A stretch of 64,000 bases of DNA from the NCBI RefSeq assembly GCF_006345805.1, contig NC_042997.1, forward strand, positions 30,752,001-30,816,000. The letters run 5' to 3'. Position numbers and translations under genes: made by a program. Source of the stretch: Octopus sinensis (taxonomy: Eukaryota). The notes below the pieces were generated by a model. It was not told the origin of the DNA. It did not search any database and saw only the letters and a list, made by a program, of their open reading frames with translations. How positions within the stretch are numbered: the stretch's first letter is position 1; every line of letters starts with the position of its first letter. Below, in pieces: positions 35,544-50,292 of this stretch.

Positions 35544-38500
35544 GTATGTATAATTTTCATAAAATTTTGTTTAAAGGCACATGTTTGTGTATGTGTGTAT
35601 ATATTTTAGAGAACAATAGGATGATCTCAGATTGGTTCTAATAATCGCACTTGAGGCTTTCAAATAAGTAAATGTAAGGATCTCTATGCATCTTTCAGGT
35701 ATAAATTAAGTGCTGTCATCATCATCATCATCATCATCATCGTTTAACGTCCGTTTTCCGCACTAGCACGGGTTGGACGGTTCGACCGGGGATCTGGGAA
35801 GCCAGAAGGCTGCACCAGGCTCCAGTCTGATCTGGCAATGTTTCTACAGCTGGATGCCCTTCCTAATGCCAACCACTCCGCGAGTGTAGTGGGTGCTTTT
35901 TATGTGCCAGGGGAGTCTGGCATCGGCCACGATCGGTTGGTGCTTTTAACGTGCCACCAGCATGGAAGCCAGCCAAGGCGGCGCTGGCATCGGCCACGTT
36001 TGGATGGTGCTTTTTATGTGCCACCGGCACAAAAGCCAGTCGATGCGGTGCTGGCAATGGCCACGTTCGGATGGTGCTTTTTATGCGCCACCGGCACAAA
36101 TATATATATGAATATATGTTACAAATATATTATTACAAATAAGAAAATGGAGAAATACATTAGTTGGTTCATTAGCTTTAGGATATTATAATGTTGTCTT
36201 ATTTAATTAACAAAACTACAACCATAATAACATACATATATACAGTATAAAATTCAATACATTTAAGATAAGAGTACAAATAGTTATTAAAAAAACATTA
36301 ATATAAATTGTTTGTGAGGTCATGCATGAGGATGCATGGCCTGGCGGTTAGGTTGTTGCGACGAGCTGGCAGAAACGTTAGCACGCCGGGCGAAATGCTT
36401 AGTGCTATTTCGTCTGCGTTACGTTGTGAGTTCAAATTCCGCCGAGGTTGACTTTGCCTTTCAACCTTTCGGGGTCGATAAATTAAGTACCAGTTACGCA
36501 CTGGGGTCGATGTAATCGACTTAATACCTATGTGTGTCCTTGTTTGTCCCCTCTGTGTTTAGTCCCTTGTGGGTAGTAAAGAAATAGGTTAGGTTGTTGC
36601 ACTCATAATTGCAAGATCGTGGTTTCAATTCCTGACCAGGTGTTGTGTTCTTGAGCAAAACTCTTCATCTCACATTGCTCTGTGATCATTTCAGTGCCTG
36701 ACATGTGGTACACTGTGCACGTATACAGAGAATGTTGATTTGATGGAGGAAGTTAGTGACCAAATGTACAGCACATGCATTTGGTCACTATGAACAAATC
36801 ATTTGTGCAGGTTTTTTGGCAAAAAGCTGAACACTCATGTGCCATCTTCAATGGGAAAATCCATCATATACATGTAGGTAAATCATCATCATCATCATCA
36901 TCATCGTTTAACATCTGTTTTCCATGCTGGCATGGGTTGGACGGTTCGACCGGGGATCTGGGAAGCCAGAAGGCTGCACCAGGCTCCAATCTGATCTGGC
37001 AGTGTTTCTACAGCTTGATGCTCTTCCTAACGCCAACCACTCCGTGAGTCTGGCAGGTGCTTTTTATGTGCCACCAGCACAGGTGCCAAGGGAGGCTGAC
37101 AGCGGCCATGATCAGTTGGTGCTTTTTACGTGCCACCGACACAGAAGCCAGTCAAGTATTTTGATGTTGCTGTACTTGACTCAATAGTCTCCTCAAGCAC
37201 AGCAGGTCTCCCTACGATCCAAGGTAAGCACAGCAGGCCGATCTGCAATGAATTAGAGAAAATGGATTGAGCAACATTCTTTGTTTCATATCTCTACACT
37301 TGTTTCCATTGGTTGTACATTGGTGAGATGATATAATTAATACATTGTGTAATCACTATCGTCCATCAAAGGTGTAAATTGTGTCTTTTTCAGGTGATTA
37401 CTTTACTTTACTTTTACTTTTACTTGTTTCAGTCATTTGACTGCGGCCATGCTGGAGCACCGCCTTTAATCGAGCAACTCAACCCCGGGACTTATTCTTT
37501 GGAAGCCCAGTACTTATTCGATCGATCTCTTTTGCCGGACCGCTAAGTGACGGGGACATAAACACACCAGCATCGGTTGTCAAGCAATGCTAGGGGGACA
37601 AACACAAACACACAAACATATACGCACATATATATATATATATACGACGGGCTTCTTTCAGTTTCCGTCTACCAAATCCACTCACAAGGCATTGGTCGGC
37701 CCGAGGCTATAGTAGAAGACACTTGCCCAAGGTGCCACGCAGTGGGACTGAACCCAGAACCATGTGGTTGGTAAGCAAGCTACTTACCACACAGCCACTC
37801 CTGCGCCTATTAGTTTAAATAAGTTCTTTGTTATTTCACACTGTCGTTTCTCTCCATACCAGAATGAATACCCAAAGCAGTGTGCTATTTTCAGCAATTT
37901 GCAGACAAAACTGAACCCACAGATAAAAATGTCAGACCAAATAAAAGTTTAATCAAAATGCCAAAACAAAGAAACAAACACACAAAAAAAAGCTTCCATG
38001 TCCAATTAACTATGAAATATAATCCTATCTTTACATTCAGATTATTAGGAAAGAAAGAGAAGCACAGTAAAGAATGAAATTAAATGTTTTGAGATAATAA
38101 CTTGATAAACTGGTAAAGGCTGACCATTTCTGTGCTTGTCAGCTATCAACTTGAAAAGGTGTTAAAGTACCTCCTATCCACTATAACAAAACATTTGTCT
38201 CTAATATACACTGGAATTTCCCCCACATACATACACATTCTTTCATGTACCCACAAACAAGGTAGTCTATATATATACCCATATATCTATTTATATATGC
38301 ACACACATATGCTTCTTACATACATTCCTAGTATTTTTGCTATTTATATTTATATTAATATATGTCAAACTCTAAGTCTATGAGCAATGATAAAACCACT
38401 ACAAAGTTGAATGGCTAAAATTTGTTTACATAACTGCAGATGGATTTATACAGCTATACTTATCTATTCACACACATCCACAATAAGCTAATAATTCATG

Positions 38501-38594
38501 TAATCCATGTGGTAGATATATGAACATTTTCCTACCTCTACCTGTAATCCAATATTAATACATATGTTGAGAGCTTCTACCTTTGTTGGTAACA

Positions 38595-39010
38595 AAGAGC
38601 TTTTCCTTCAGAGTGAAAGGTAGATTGTATGATGCCTGTCTGTGAACAGCCATGCTACATGGCAGTGAAACATGGGCTGTGACTGCAGTGGACATGTGAA
38701 AGTTTGAAAGAAATTAAGCTAGAATGCTTCATTGGATGTGCAATGTCAGTGTGCATGTGCAACAGAGCGTAAGTATCTTGAGAGAAAAACTTGGCATAAG
38801 AGGCATCCGATGTTGTGTGCAAGAAAGGTGACTGTTCTGGTATGATCATGTGATGCATATGGATCAGGACAGCCATGTAAAGAAGTGCCAATCTGTGGAG
38901 GGAACCTGTGGAAGAGGTAAACCCAGGAAGACATGGGATGAGGTGGGGAAGCAGGATCTTCGAATGTGGGGTCTTACAGAGGTGATGACAAGTGATTTAC
39001 TGTGCTTGAG
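38595..39010 (+). mobile_element. RTE-clade LINE ORF C-terminal relic
   Basis: KGRLYDAC...MLHGSETWAVT...ARMLHWMCNV...GRGKPRKTWDEV with in-frame stops. Confidence 0.85.
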
Positions 39011-39803
39011 AAGACTTGTCAAGCCAGGTGAAAGCATAACTGTGACTGGTGCCAGTGACACATAAAAGCACCTATGCTGGTGACATACAAAAGCACCCAT
39101 GCCAGTGACATGTAAAAGGCACCCACTACACTCTTAGAATGGTTGGCATTAGGAAGGGCATCCAACTGTAGAAACCAAGCCAAAATCAGACTGGAACCTG
39201 GTACAGCTCTCTGGCTTATCAGTTCCAGTCAAACCATCTAACCCATGCCAGCATAGAAAGCAGACACTAAATAATGATGATGATGATGATGATGATGATA
39301 CTTGGCAACAAGTACATCTGCAGCCTTGCACCTGAGGGATATATACAACTGCATATGCTGTATGTGCATAGTGACAATTAGAAAATTTCTCAGTAGAGAT
39401 ATTCATCAGAATGATTAACAGAAATGAATACAATATAATAAAATAAGCAAATTGCGTCAATAGAGTTGACAATATTAATTGTTTTTACCAAACTGCAAAA
39501 ATGAACATTTTAGCCTATGGTTGCATCAAGTAACTATTTTGGAGCATCTATTCACAAGATGTGTATATTTGTGTGTGTATATCATCATCATCATCATCAT
39601 TGTTGTCGTCGTTTAATGTCTGCCTCCTATGTCAGCATATATATATATATATATATATAAAAAGTTAAATTCTGGTCATAGAGTGACCAATGGTTTCATA
39701 TCCACAAAAGCTACAACCCTGTGGACAGCTCATCAAACTCTGTTATGCTTGGTGCTCTATTCTTTAGAATGTGTTTCTTTTTCTGATATATATTATATTG
39801 ACA

Positions 39804-39839
<36 letters not shown>

Positions 39840-42430
39840 GTTGTCTAAGAGTTCATAAGTCAGGAAAAGATGATTGGTTGTCATATTTCATTCCATATAG
39901 GCTACCTCTGATGATCACAGGGTTACATAATCAGATTGTTACCTAACACTCTGTTGAATCCCTAGCATGAAACTGATGAGTAAGGTTGGCCGTAATGGAT
40001 ATATAATACTGTACACTTTGGATAATATACATGTGTGTTTGTGTATGTGTATTATGTATATGTATACATGCACACACACACACACACATACATGCGCACG
40101 TGTGTGAGTGGGTAACAAATTAGTCTGCAGCATTAAATCAGCTCACTGTCATGTAGTTGTGGATTTGTAAATGATATCTCTTAGTCATAAAAACACAGAC
40201 GTATTTTTTTAATAGATATAAGCTAGATATTATACTTAGGACATAGATATTAATACTTACTCTTTTACTCTTTTATTTGTTTCAGTCATTTGACTGCGGC
40301 CATGCTGGAGCACCGCCTTTAATCGTGCAACTCGACCCCGGGGCTTATTCTTTTGTAAGCCCAGTACTTATTCTATCGGTCTCTTTTGCCGAACTGCTAA
40401 GTAACGGGGACATAAACACACCAGCATCAGTTGTCAAGCAATGCTAGGGGGACAAACACAGACACACGAACACACACATGCACACATATATATATACATA
40501 TATACGATGGGCTTCTTTCAGTTTCCATCTACCAAATCCACTCACAAGGCTTTGGTCGACCCGAGGCTATAGTAGAAGACACTTGCCCAAGGTGCCACGC
40601 AGTGGGACTGAACCCGGAACCATGTGGTTAGTAAACAAACTACTTACCACACAGCCACTCCTGCGCCTTCTTTAAGTTTCCTGACAAATTGAGTGTTTTT
40701 CAACTTGATTTGAAAGATTTGAGTTGGAAAAACCTTCTCTCTGTTCACTCTGTTTGAAGTATGAACTATTTAGCAAGAAATGTAAAGTCTTGGAAATGTA
40801 GTAACATTTACATACTATTTTATAATAAATGTATTCACTTTCCACTAAGTATTGAGTACTCTTTTAATTTTTTTTTTTATTAAACTACATGTGTTATTAT
40901 TAGCCATTTTTAAATTCATCTCCTTTTTTGACTAAATTTTTTCCCCGCATTTTCTTTTCTTAGCCTCTTTCTTTGTTGGTTTGTTTGTGTGTGTGTGTCT
41001 GTGAGTGTGTGTATAAACAGAACAGCATAAACTTCTAGTTAAATATGCCATTTTAACCTTCATTTACTTGGACAGTTTAGCATTGGAATGATTATATTTC
41101 CAAGAATCTTATTATGTTAAGAATGGAAAACAAGAAAAGCAGAGAATAAAAGTTGTGTAATTAACATGATGCATGTTTACTCAAAAATTAAAACAGGATT
41201 CTTTCATTCTCCTGTTTTTATTAGGGTAATTGGATGGCAGAATCAGCAGACTGTTTGATAAAATATCTTGCAATGTTTAAGGTGGCGAGCTGGCAGAATC
41301 ATGACCCTGCTTTGCAAAGTGCTTAGCAGTATTTCATATGTCTACACATTCTGAATTCAAATTCCACCCAATGCTGATTTTGCCTTTCATCCTTTCAGGG
41401 CTGATAAAATAAGTACCGGTTGAATACTGAGGTTGATTTAATTGACTAGCTCTCTCCCTGAAATTGCAGGCCTTGTGCCAAAAAATTGAAGTCAATATTT
41501 AAGGCAGCAAGCTGGCAGAATCGTTACTGCACCAGGTGAAATGCCTAGTGGTATTTCGTTTGTCTTTACGTTCTGAGATCAAACTCTGCCAAGGTCGACT
41601 TTGCCTTTCATCCTTTTGGGGTTGATAAAATATATTCCACTTGAGTACTGGGGGATAATCTAATCAACTAGCCCCCTCTCTTGAAATTACTGGCCTTGTG
41701 CCAAAATTTGAAATCAGTATTTTAATATGACTTAGGTTCTTAGTTCAAATTACATTCAGGTCCACTTTGTCTTTCATTCTTCTGTAGTTGATAAAATATC
41801 ATATTTGATGACATAAAAGACACACAGACATAATAAATGCACTCCAATTTCAGCAGTGCAAATTCAATAAAAAAGTTTTTGGTCAGTGAAATTCAGTGCC
41901 AGCAATTACATTAATTTTGAGATTATCAGATATTTTTGCATAAGAAAACAGATAATTAAACTTGTTTCAAATTAATTTTTGCGCATTTTATATAAGGCCT
42001 ATTCAGTTATGTCTGTTGATATACTCAGACTTTGGAAAGATTGGGCTACCAGAAATAATGTGGTCACTTGTTTCATTGTACTGATTGCATATCATCATCA
42101 TCATCATTGGGTTGGATGATTTAACAGAGTTTGCCAAGTAGGACTGTGTCATGTACCAGGGTCTTGGACATGGGTTGTATGGCTGGATGTATGGTTCCTA
42201 ATGCCAACCACTCCACCAAAGGTTTTGGTTGCTTTTTTTTCATGGTATCAACACTAGTGATGATTGCCTCATGACTTGCAAGTCTTAGGCTTCAGAGGGG
42301 CCCCTATAACTGAGGGAGAACAAAGAGAAAGAGAATAGGTGATGATCCTAGGCAGAGGGTTGAGAGAATGATAAGTTGGGAGGATGGGAAATATGGCAGC
42401 TAAAATCAAACAGTCCATTTCTGCTTTTAA

Positions 42431-42651
42431 CCCTTTCGTTACTGTATTTATTTTGAGATGGTCTGTGTTTCTCTCAATTATTTTAAATATAACAACAAAT
42501 TTAGTAAAATAACTTAGTTATCATTCAGCTAGTGTTAGGAACGTAAATTGTGACTAAGGTTTGGTGGTATATTTTGATGTAAAACTTATGAAAACAAGAC
42601 ATTTGTACTACAGAGCTAGAGCTGGTTTTGGCCGGGTTGGTAACGAAAGGG
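42431..42651. mobile_element. piggyBac-type MITE (half copy in reverse orientation at about 55625-55752)
   Basis: TTAA+CCCTTTCGTTAC ... GTAACGAAAGGG+TTAA. Confidence 0.9.
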
Positions 42652-43796
42652 TTAAACCTAAAACTTTTGAGCTATTGATGACTTTTTCTCAGGTTCTTTT
42701 CTCTGTCAAATTTTGCAGTGTATTGCCTATAGCATGGTTTTCATCTTCATTACTTTGTTTAGTATATTTTAAAATATACCTTTTCTGTTGTTTTGTTCTC
42801 ATCTAATTATTTTTCCTTGGTATGGTTAGCTTCTGGTTTGTATGTTTTAGTTTTTCCATAGAAAGAGAAAAGTTTTTTTTTATTTTGTTTCCTTAGGACT
42901 CTAATTACTTTCCCTTTAATTGCTTCTAATTATTTTGCTAGTCTCTCTGCTGTTCCTTGACAGTAGTACTGTGTTAGGCATATGGTGAAGGCATATAGTT
43001 CAGTGATTAGAATATTGGGCTTACAATTGTGAGATTGTGAGATCAAATCCCAGACCGAGCTGTGTGTCATGTTCTTGAGCAAGACATTTTATTTCATGTT
43101 GTTCCAGTTTACTCAGCTGTAGAAATGAGTTGCAACATCACTGGTACCAAGCTGTGTTGACCTTTGCTTTTCCCTTGGATAACAGTAGTGGTATAGAGAG
43201 GGGAGGCTGGTATTCATGGGCAACTGATGGCCTTCCACAAACAGCCTTGTCTAGACTTATGCTTTGGAGAGGAAGGAACATTCTAGGTGCAATCCTATGG
43301 TTATTCATGACCGAAGTGGAGTGTTTACCCTTTAGCTTTAGTGCAGGCACGTGGCTTAGTGGTTAGAGTTTTGGTCTCACAATTGTAAGATTGTGGTTTC
43401 AAATCTTGGACTGGGTAATGCTTTGTGTTCTTGAGCAAAATGCTTAATTGCATGTTGCTCCAGTCCACTCAGCTGGCAAAAATGAGTAATCCTGTGAAGA
43501 ACCAGTGTCCCGTCCAGGTGGGGAATTTACACAAGATGCAAACCGGGAAACCGGCCCTTATGAGTTGGCACAACTCAAAAAGATAACTTTACCTTTACTT
43601 TACATTCATGACCAAAGGTGGTTTTCATCTTCCCAGTACTTTGTTACTATGAAACTATTCTGTCCTCCTGAATGTTGTTGGTACATCCTATCCATATCAA
43701 TCTTAGGATGGTAGTTCCGAAATAAGCTATTAGTAATTTTCTACTTTTGCTGTCTAAGCTCTTTAATTCATTTAAGATATCTTACTACCTCTACTG

Positions 43797-44565
43797 TGGT
43801 GGTACATGGCCTAGTGGTTAGAGCAGCAGACTCGCGGTCGAGGGATCATGGGTTCGAATCTCAGACCAGGTGATGTGTGTGTTTATGAGCGAAACACCTA
43901 AGCTCCACGCGGCTCCGGCAGAAGGTAATGGCGAACTTCTGCTGACTCTTTCGCCACAACTTTCTCTCACTCTTTCCTCCAGCATCTTGAAACTCACCTG
44001 CGACGGACCGGTGTCCCATCTACTTATACCACGGAGGCACATGGCCTAGTGGTTAGAGCAGTGGACTTGCAGTCGGGGGATCGCGGGTTCGAATCTCAGA
44101 CCGGGCGATGTGTGTGTTTATGAGCGAAACACCTAAGCTCCATGCGGCTCCGGCAGAAGGTAATGGCGAAACTTTTGCTGACTCTTTCGCCACAACTTTC
44201 TCTCACTCTTTCCTCCTGCATCTTGAAACTCACCTGCGACGGACCGGTGTCTCATCTACTTATACCACGGAGGCACATGGCCTAGTGGTTAGAGCAGTGG
44301 ACTTGCAGTCGGGGGATCGCGGGTTCGAATCTCAGACCGGGCGATGTGTGTGTTTATGAGCGAAACACCTAAGCTCCACGCGGCTCCGGCAGAAGGTAAT
44401 GGCGAACTTCTTTTTGCTGACTCTTTCGCCACAACTTTCTCTCGCTCTTTCCTCCTGCATTGTGCAGCTCACCTGCGACGGACCGGTGTCCCGTCCAGGT
44501 GGGGAACCTATATGCCAAGGAAACCAGGAAACTGGCCCTTATGAGCCAGGCATGACTCGAGAAGG
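43797..44565 (+). mobile_element. Tandem triplication (about 238-bp period) of tRNA-derived SINE family D
   Basis: Three heads TGGCCTAGTGGTTAGAGCAG...GGTTCGAATCTC. Other family-D copies at about 1165-1445, 14735-14902, 55435-55620 (minus) and 56177-56480 (plus). Confidence 0.9.
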
Positions 44566-44771
44566 AACAAACAAAATACAAACTACTTCTACCACTCCAG
44601 CTGCTGCTGCCACCACCATTGCTATGATAACGAAGACAATGACAACTGCTTCTACTGTTTATTGCAAGTCATGGATTTTCAAACCAGAAAACATACTTTG
44701 CTATTTATGCATTTAAATGAAAGTTCCTTGTGAATGCAAATTAAAGACGTTTTTGTTTTGTTTTGTTCCAG

Positions 44772-44826
44772 GAGACGTGTTGTTATAAAAGAAGGCGAAT
44801 TTTTGTACAGTGATATCGTAAACCCG
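44772..44826 (+). CDS. Exon 6 (RRVVIKEGEFLYSDIVNP)
   Basis: Acceptor ttttgttttgttccAG; GA+G completes Glu giving WLERRVVIKEGEFLYS (PH beta2-beta3). Donor CCG|GTATAG is weak but phase-correct. Confidence 0.8.
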
Positions 44827-45145
44827 GTATAGTTATTTTTTATATCATGTATATTGCTTGTTTTGATGCTGTTGAACCCCGGATTATCTCTGACCATTTA
44901 ATCCTTTGAACAAAGCTATACTCTCTCTTTTACTCTTTTTACTTGTTTCAATCATTTTGACTGTGGCCATCCTGGAGCACTGTCTTTAGTCGAGCAAATT
45001 GACCGCAGGACTTATTCTTTGTAAGCCTAGTACTTATTTTATCGGTCTCTTTTGCCGAACCACTAAGTTACGGGGACGTAAACATTAGTGCATCGGTTAT
45101 CAAGCGATGTTGGGGGGACACACACAAACATATACACACACATGC

Positions 45146-45216
<71 letters not shown>

Positions 45217-47111
45217 GTATGTATATATATATGTGACGGGCTTCTTTCAGTTTCCGTCTACCAAATCCACTCACAAAGCTTTGGTTGGTCTGAGGCTATA
45301 GTAGAAGACACTTGCCCAAGGTGTCATGCAGTGGGACTGAACCCAGAACCATGTGGTTGGTAAGCAAGTTACTTACCACACAGCCACTCCTGCCATTCAT
45401 TTCCATACTATGTTTTGAAGGGAGTCCAAGATTATATTTTCTAAATGTTCTCTTCTCCTTAATGTGATGGCAGAATGTGAACTGAGGGAGATTTGGCTGA
45501 TATTTTTACCAGGTTGAGCAACTTATGGAGGTTCTCTCATAAAATTACTAATTTTATGTGAAGAAGAAGGATGATAGTAGTGCACTTATGCATTTACCTT
45601 TTACTTGTTTCAGCCATTGGACTGTAGCCATGCTGGACCACCACTTTGAGTAATTTTAGTCAAACTAATCGACCCTAGTACCTATTTTCTTTTTAAGCTT
45701 AGTACTTATTCTATTGGATTCTTTTGCCAAACTGCTAAGTTACAGTGACATAAACACACCAACATCGGTCGTCAGGCAGTGGTGGAGGACAGAAAGACAC
45801 ACGCACATACACAATGGGTATCTTTCAGTTTATGTCTATTAAATCCACTCACAAGAGTTTGGTTGGCCTGAGGCTATGGAAGACACTTGCTCGAGGTGTC
45901 ACGCAGTGGGAGTGAACCTGGAACCATGTGGTTGGGAAGCAAGCTTCTTACCACGCAGCCATGCCAACACCTGTTAATAAATAAAAATTTTGTAAATAGG
46001 CGCAGGAGTGGCTGTGTGGTAAGTAGCTTGCTAACCAACCACATGGTTCCAGGTTCGGTCCCACTGCGTGGCATCTTGGGCAAGTGTCTTCTGCTGTAGC
46101 CCCGGGCCGACCAATGCCTTGTGAGTGGATTTGGTAGACGGAAACTGAAAGAAGCCTGTCGTATATATGTATATATCATTATCATCATCATCATCATTTA
46201 ACGTCCGCTTTCCATGCTAGCATGGGTTGGACGGTTCAACTGGGGTCTGAGGAGCCCGAAGGCTGCACCAGGCCAGTCAGATCTGGCAGTGTTTCTACAG
46301 CTGGATGCCCTTCCTAACGCCAACCACTCCGAGAGTGTAGTGGGTGATTTTATGTGCCACCGACACAGGTGCCAGACGAGGCTGGCGAACGGCCACGCTC
46401 GGATGGTGTTTTTTTTTTTATGTGCCACCGACACAGTGCCAGACGAGGCTGGCAGACGGCCACGCTCGGATGGTGTTTTTATGTGCCACCGACACAGTGC
46501 CAGACGAGGCTGGCAGACGGCCACGCTCGGATGATGTTTTTATGTGCCACCGACACAGGTGCCAGATGAGGCTGGTGAACGGCCACGATCGGATGGTGTT
46601 TGTTACGTGCCCACAGCACGGAGGCCAGTCGATGCGGTACTGGCTACGGCCACGTTCGGATGGTTTTCTTGTATGCCCCCGGCACTGGTACCACAAAGAT
46701 ACAAATTCCATTGATGTTCATCTATTTTGATTTGATTTGATTATATATATATATGTATGTATGTGTGTTTGTGTGTCTGTGTTTGTCCCCCTAGCATTGC
46801 TTGACAACCGATGCTGGTGTGTTTACGTCCCCGTCACTTAGCGGTTCGGCAAAAGAGACCGATAGAATAAGTACTGGGCTTACAAAGAATAAGTCCCGGG
46901 GTCGATTTGCTCGACTAAAGGCGGTGCTCCAGCATGGCCGCAGTTAAATGACTGAAACAAGTAAAAGAGTAAAAGAGAGAGTAACTAATATTTGTAAATA
47001 TAAAAAAATACTAGAGTTGCAGAAAAATAGTGGTAACTTGTTGTTAAAACTCATTTAATTAACTCTATGACAAACAAGACAGATTTCTTTTATATCTAGG
47101 CATCATGTATA

Positions 47112-47270
47112 CCGTATTTTAACGTGTATAAGGAACCCCCTAAATTTGGAGGCTTCAAATTTGGGAAAAAGGTTTTGTAAGGGATTATAATACTGTCCAT
47201 GTATAAGAAACTCCCATTTTTTAAATTAAATTTTTGACAAAAATGGTTCCTTATACATGTTAAAATATGG
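47112..47270. mobile_element. pogo/Tc2-type MITE (partial second copy about 55815-55860)
   Basis: TA+CCGTATTTTAACGTGTATAAGGAACC ... GGTTCCTTATACATGTTAAAATATGG+TA. Confidence 0.85.
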
Positions 47271-48332
47271 TAATATATATTCCGAATTGTTTTCAGTCAT
47301 CAGAGTAACTTGAGGTCTGTAAGGAAATTCTTATGTTCCACAGAACATGTAAACCAAAGGCTAACTAAAAGTCTGAAAATAAGCATGGATGTTTAGGACA
47401 AGCAAAGGGTTAGGTTTACAAATTTGAATAAGTTTGAATATGATGGGTAAAGTTCTGACATTTCCCTACAAAAATTTTCTTTAAAAGGAAAATAATTGAG
47501 TGTATAGAGTAGCATTATGCAAATAGGCTTGAAGAATATGCCAGAAAACAAAAATGGAGGGAAGTACAATGGAGGCAAGAAAGTGACCTGACTTGTTTGA
47601 AAAGTGGGGATCACAGTCACTCTTTTCTGTATCAAGGCCAGCTTAACCCTTCAACATTCAGATTAATTTATCAAATGTAATGCTTATTTTATTTTTTATC
47701 CTTTATCTTTTATTTGTTTCAGTCATTTGACTGTGGCCATGTTGGAGCACCGTCTTGAAGGGTTTTTAGTCAAACAAATTGACCCCAGAACTGATTTTTT
47801 TTAAAGCCTGGTACTTATTCTATTGGTTGCTTTTGCTGAACTGCTAAGTTACGGGGATGTAAACATACCAGCACCAGTTGTCAATAAGCGTGGGGGGGAC
47901 AAACGCAGACAAAAAAACACACACACACATACATCATAATCATCATTGTTTAACGTCCGTTTTCTGTGCTAGCATGGGTTGGACAGTTCAACTGGGGTCT
48001 GGGAAGCCAGGAGGCTACACCAGGATCCAGTCTGATCTGGCAGTGTTTCTACAGCTGGATGCCCTTCCTAACGCCAACCACTCCGTGAGTGTAGTAAAAA
48101 TATATATATATATATGACACAATTCTTTCAGTTTCTGTCTACCAAATCCACTCACAAGGCTTTGGTTGGCCCGAGGCTACAGTAGAAGACACATGACCAA
48201 GATGCCATGCAGTAGGGCTGAACCCTGAACTATTTGGTTGAGAAGCAAGCGTCTTACCACACAGTTCAAATCCCACCAGTGCCAACATTTATTTTCAACT
48301 TTCCTGTGGGGAATCATTGACTTAAGTATATA

Positions 48333-48700
48333 CACTTGCGTCAGAAATTAATTAGCACTTCTCAAATTTCTACATTAAATCAATTAACCTATGAGCTGTT
48401 CAAAACGTCTTACGCGATGAGAAAACTTAGTATGGTGTGATTTCGGTCCTTGCGAGGCGCTACCTATATCTATTAAACAAAGGAAGATTTGTCTGCATCC
48501 GCACTCCAATTTGTTGCACTGCTATGTCAACATCATAAGGCTGTAGACTCTCAAACTGCTCTGCAAACAAAGTTACGTCATCGTTCTGCGCAACAGTGAA
48601 CTCGCAACAAAGCAATAGTTCGAGATATGGCCACTAGGTGACAGCACATACCTTGAGTGAAGACCAAATCAAGGGTGCTAATTAATTTCTGACGGTAGTG
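48333..48700. mobile_element. Tc1/mariner-type MITE
   Basis: 26-bp TIRs CACTTGCGTCAGAAATTAATTAGCAC / GTGCTAATTAATTTCTGACGGTAGTG (2 mismatches), TA on both sides. Confidence 0.9.
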
Positions 48701-50128
48701 TACAGTGTTCTGGCAGAGTCTGTTCAGTTAATTATATCTTTGCCTGTTTTAAACAGTTTTACCCTTGATGCTAATATCACAGCAAAATCTTGCGGTGCCT
48801 CAGAATAAATACATAAGAAAGTTTAGTTTTGTTCCTCTAATTTCTAAGTTCCAATTATACTTGAATAAACCTTGTTTGCCCTCCCTTTGGTTTTCATGTT
48901 TCAATAAAACACCCCATCTTTGTACTCAGGTTGATTCAATTGATTATATCTTCTCCTTAAACATCTATAAGGTGGCGAGCTGGCAGAAGCGTTAGCACGC
49001 CGGGCAAAATGCGTAGCCATATTTCATCTGTTGTTACGTTCTGAGTTCAAATTCCGCTGAGGTCAACTTTGCCTGTCATCCTTTCAGGGTTGATAAATTA
49101 AGTACCAGCTATGCACTGGGGTTGATGTAATCAACTTAATCTGTTTGTCTGTCCTTGCTTGTCCCCTCTGTGTTTAGCCCCTTGTGGGTAGTAGAGAAAA
49201 TTATATCTCCTCCTTAAACTTATCTCCTCTTAGACTTATTGAACAATACCTGATCAAATGTGTCCTAGCACTGATCGTCATGATTTGTGGGGCATTTAGG
49301 ACCACATTACTTAATTTGCCCTTCCCCTTTTTAAGACTATTGTGTGTCATTTGAAAGAAATTTGGCTGCTATAGCATAGCTGGAGAGTGTGTTCCACCTG
49401 TGGGGGGGCCCATGAGTTTGAGCCCCGCCCATCCCCCACTCCTTCTTCACTGACCCCTGTACAGGCAGGCTTATACAGTAGACCCAAAAGTGTCCTGACC
49501 CCTCCACCACCATAAAAGCATTGCTTAGGTTGGACTGCCTCCTTTGTTCCTCACTCCCCATTGTATTTCTAGCAAGTTGAACAATCACATAGAGGTGACT
49601 TTGTCTTTGGTTTGAAAAATTTATAGTTTTTGTAGCAGTGTGGTAAGTAGCTTGCTAACTAACCACATGGTTCCGGGTTCAGTCCCACTGCGTGGCACCT
49701 TGGGCAAGTGTCTTCTGCTATAGCCCCGGGCCGACCAATGCCTTGTGAGTGGATTTGGTAGACGGAAACTGAAAGAAGCCTGTCGTATATATATATATAT
49801 ATATGTATGTGCGTGTTTGTGTGTCTGTGTTTGTCCCCCTAGCATTGCATGACAACCGATGCCGGTGTGTTTACGTCCCCGTCACTTAGCGGTTCAGCAA
49901 AAGAGACCGATTGAATAAGTACTGGGCTTACAAAAGAATAAGTCCCGGGGTTGAGTTGCTCGATTAAAGGCGGTGCACCAGCATGGCTGCAGTCAAATGA
50001 TTGAAACAAGTAAAAAGAGAAGAAAAAAAAGAGAAATATGAGAAAATATTATCACTACAGTTTATTTATCAATCTTCAAATATCTGAGGAAATATTATTC
50101 TTTCATTTTATTGTCTTTTTTTTCACAG

Positions 50129-50225
50129 ACACACAGCTATTTGGTACAAATATGGACAGATGCTATGAATGTTAACGCAATCAGTGATTCTGAATTCATT
50201 GTTACACACAATAAAAGCGATACAT
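50129..50225 (+). CDS. Exon 7 (THSYLVQIWTDAMNVNAISDSEFIVTHNK...), 1-nt frame conflict with the next exon
   Basis: Acceptor ttgtctttttttcacAG, donor T|GTTAGT, 97 nt. Only the phase-0 frame is open (PH beta4-beta6). Confidence 0.8.
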
Positions 50226-50251
50226 GTTAGTATTTTATTTATCCTACTAAT

Positions 50252-50292
<41 letters not shown>

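Noticed and set aside
42029-42062. DFGKIGLPEIMW as a missing exon between exons 5 and 6
   Set aside because: Not needed: exon 5 reads through to a strong GTATGT donor at 35544 that joins exon 6 in frame. The donor here is poor.
43805-43870. Functional tRNA genes at the SINE heads
   Set aside because: A and B boxes are present but there is no complete cloverleaf or terminator; they run into SINE bodies.
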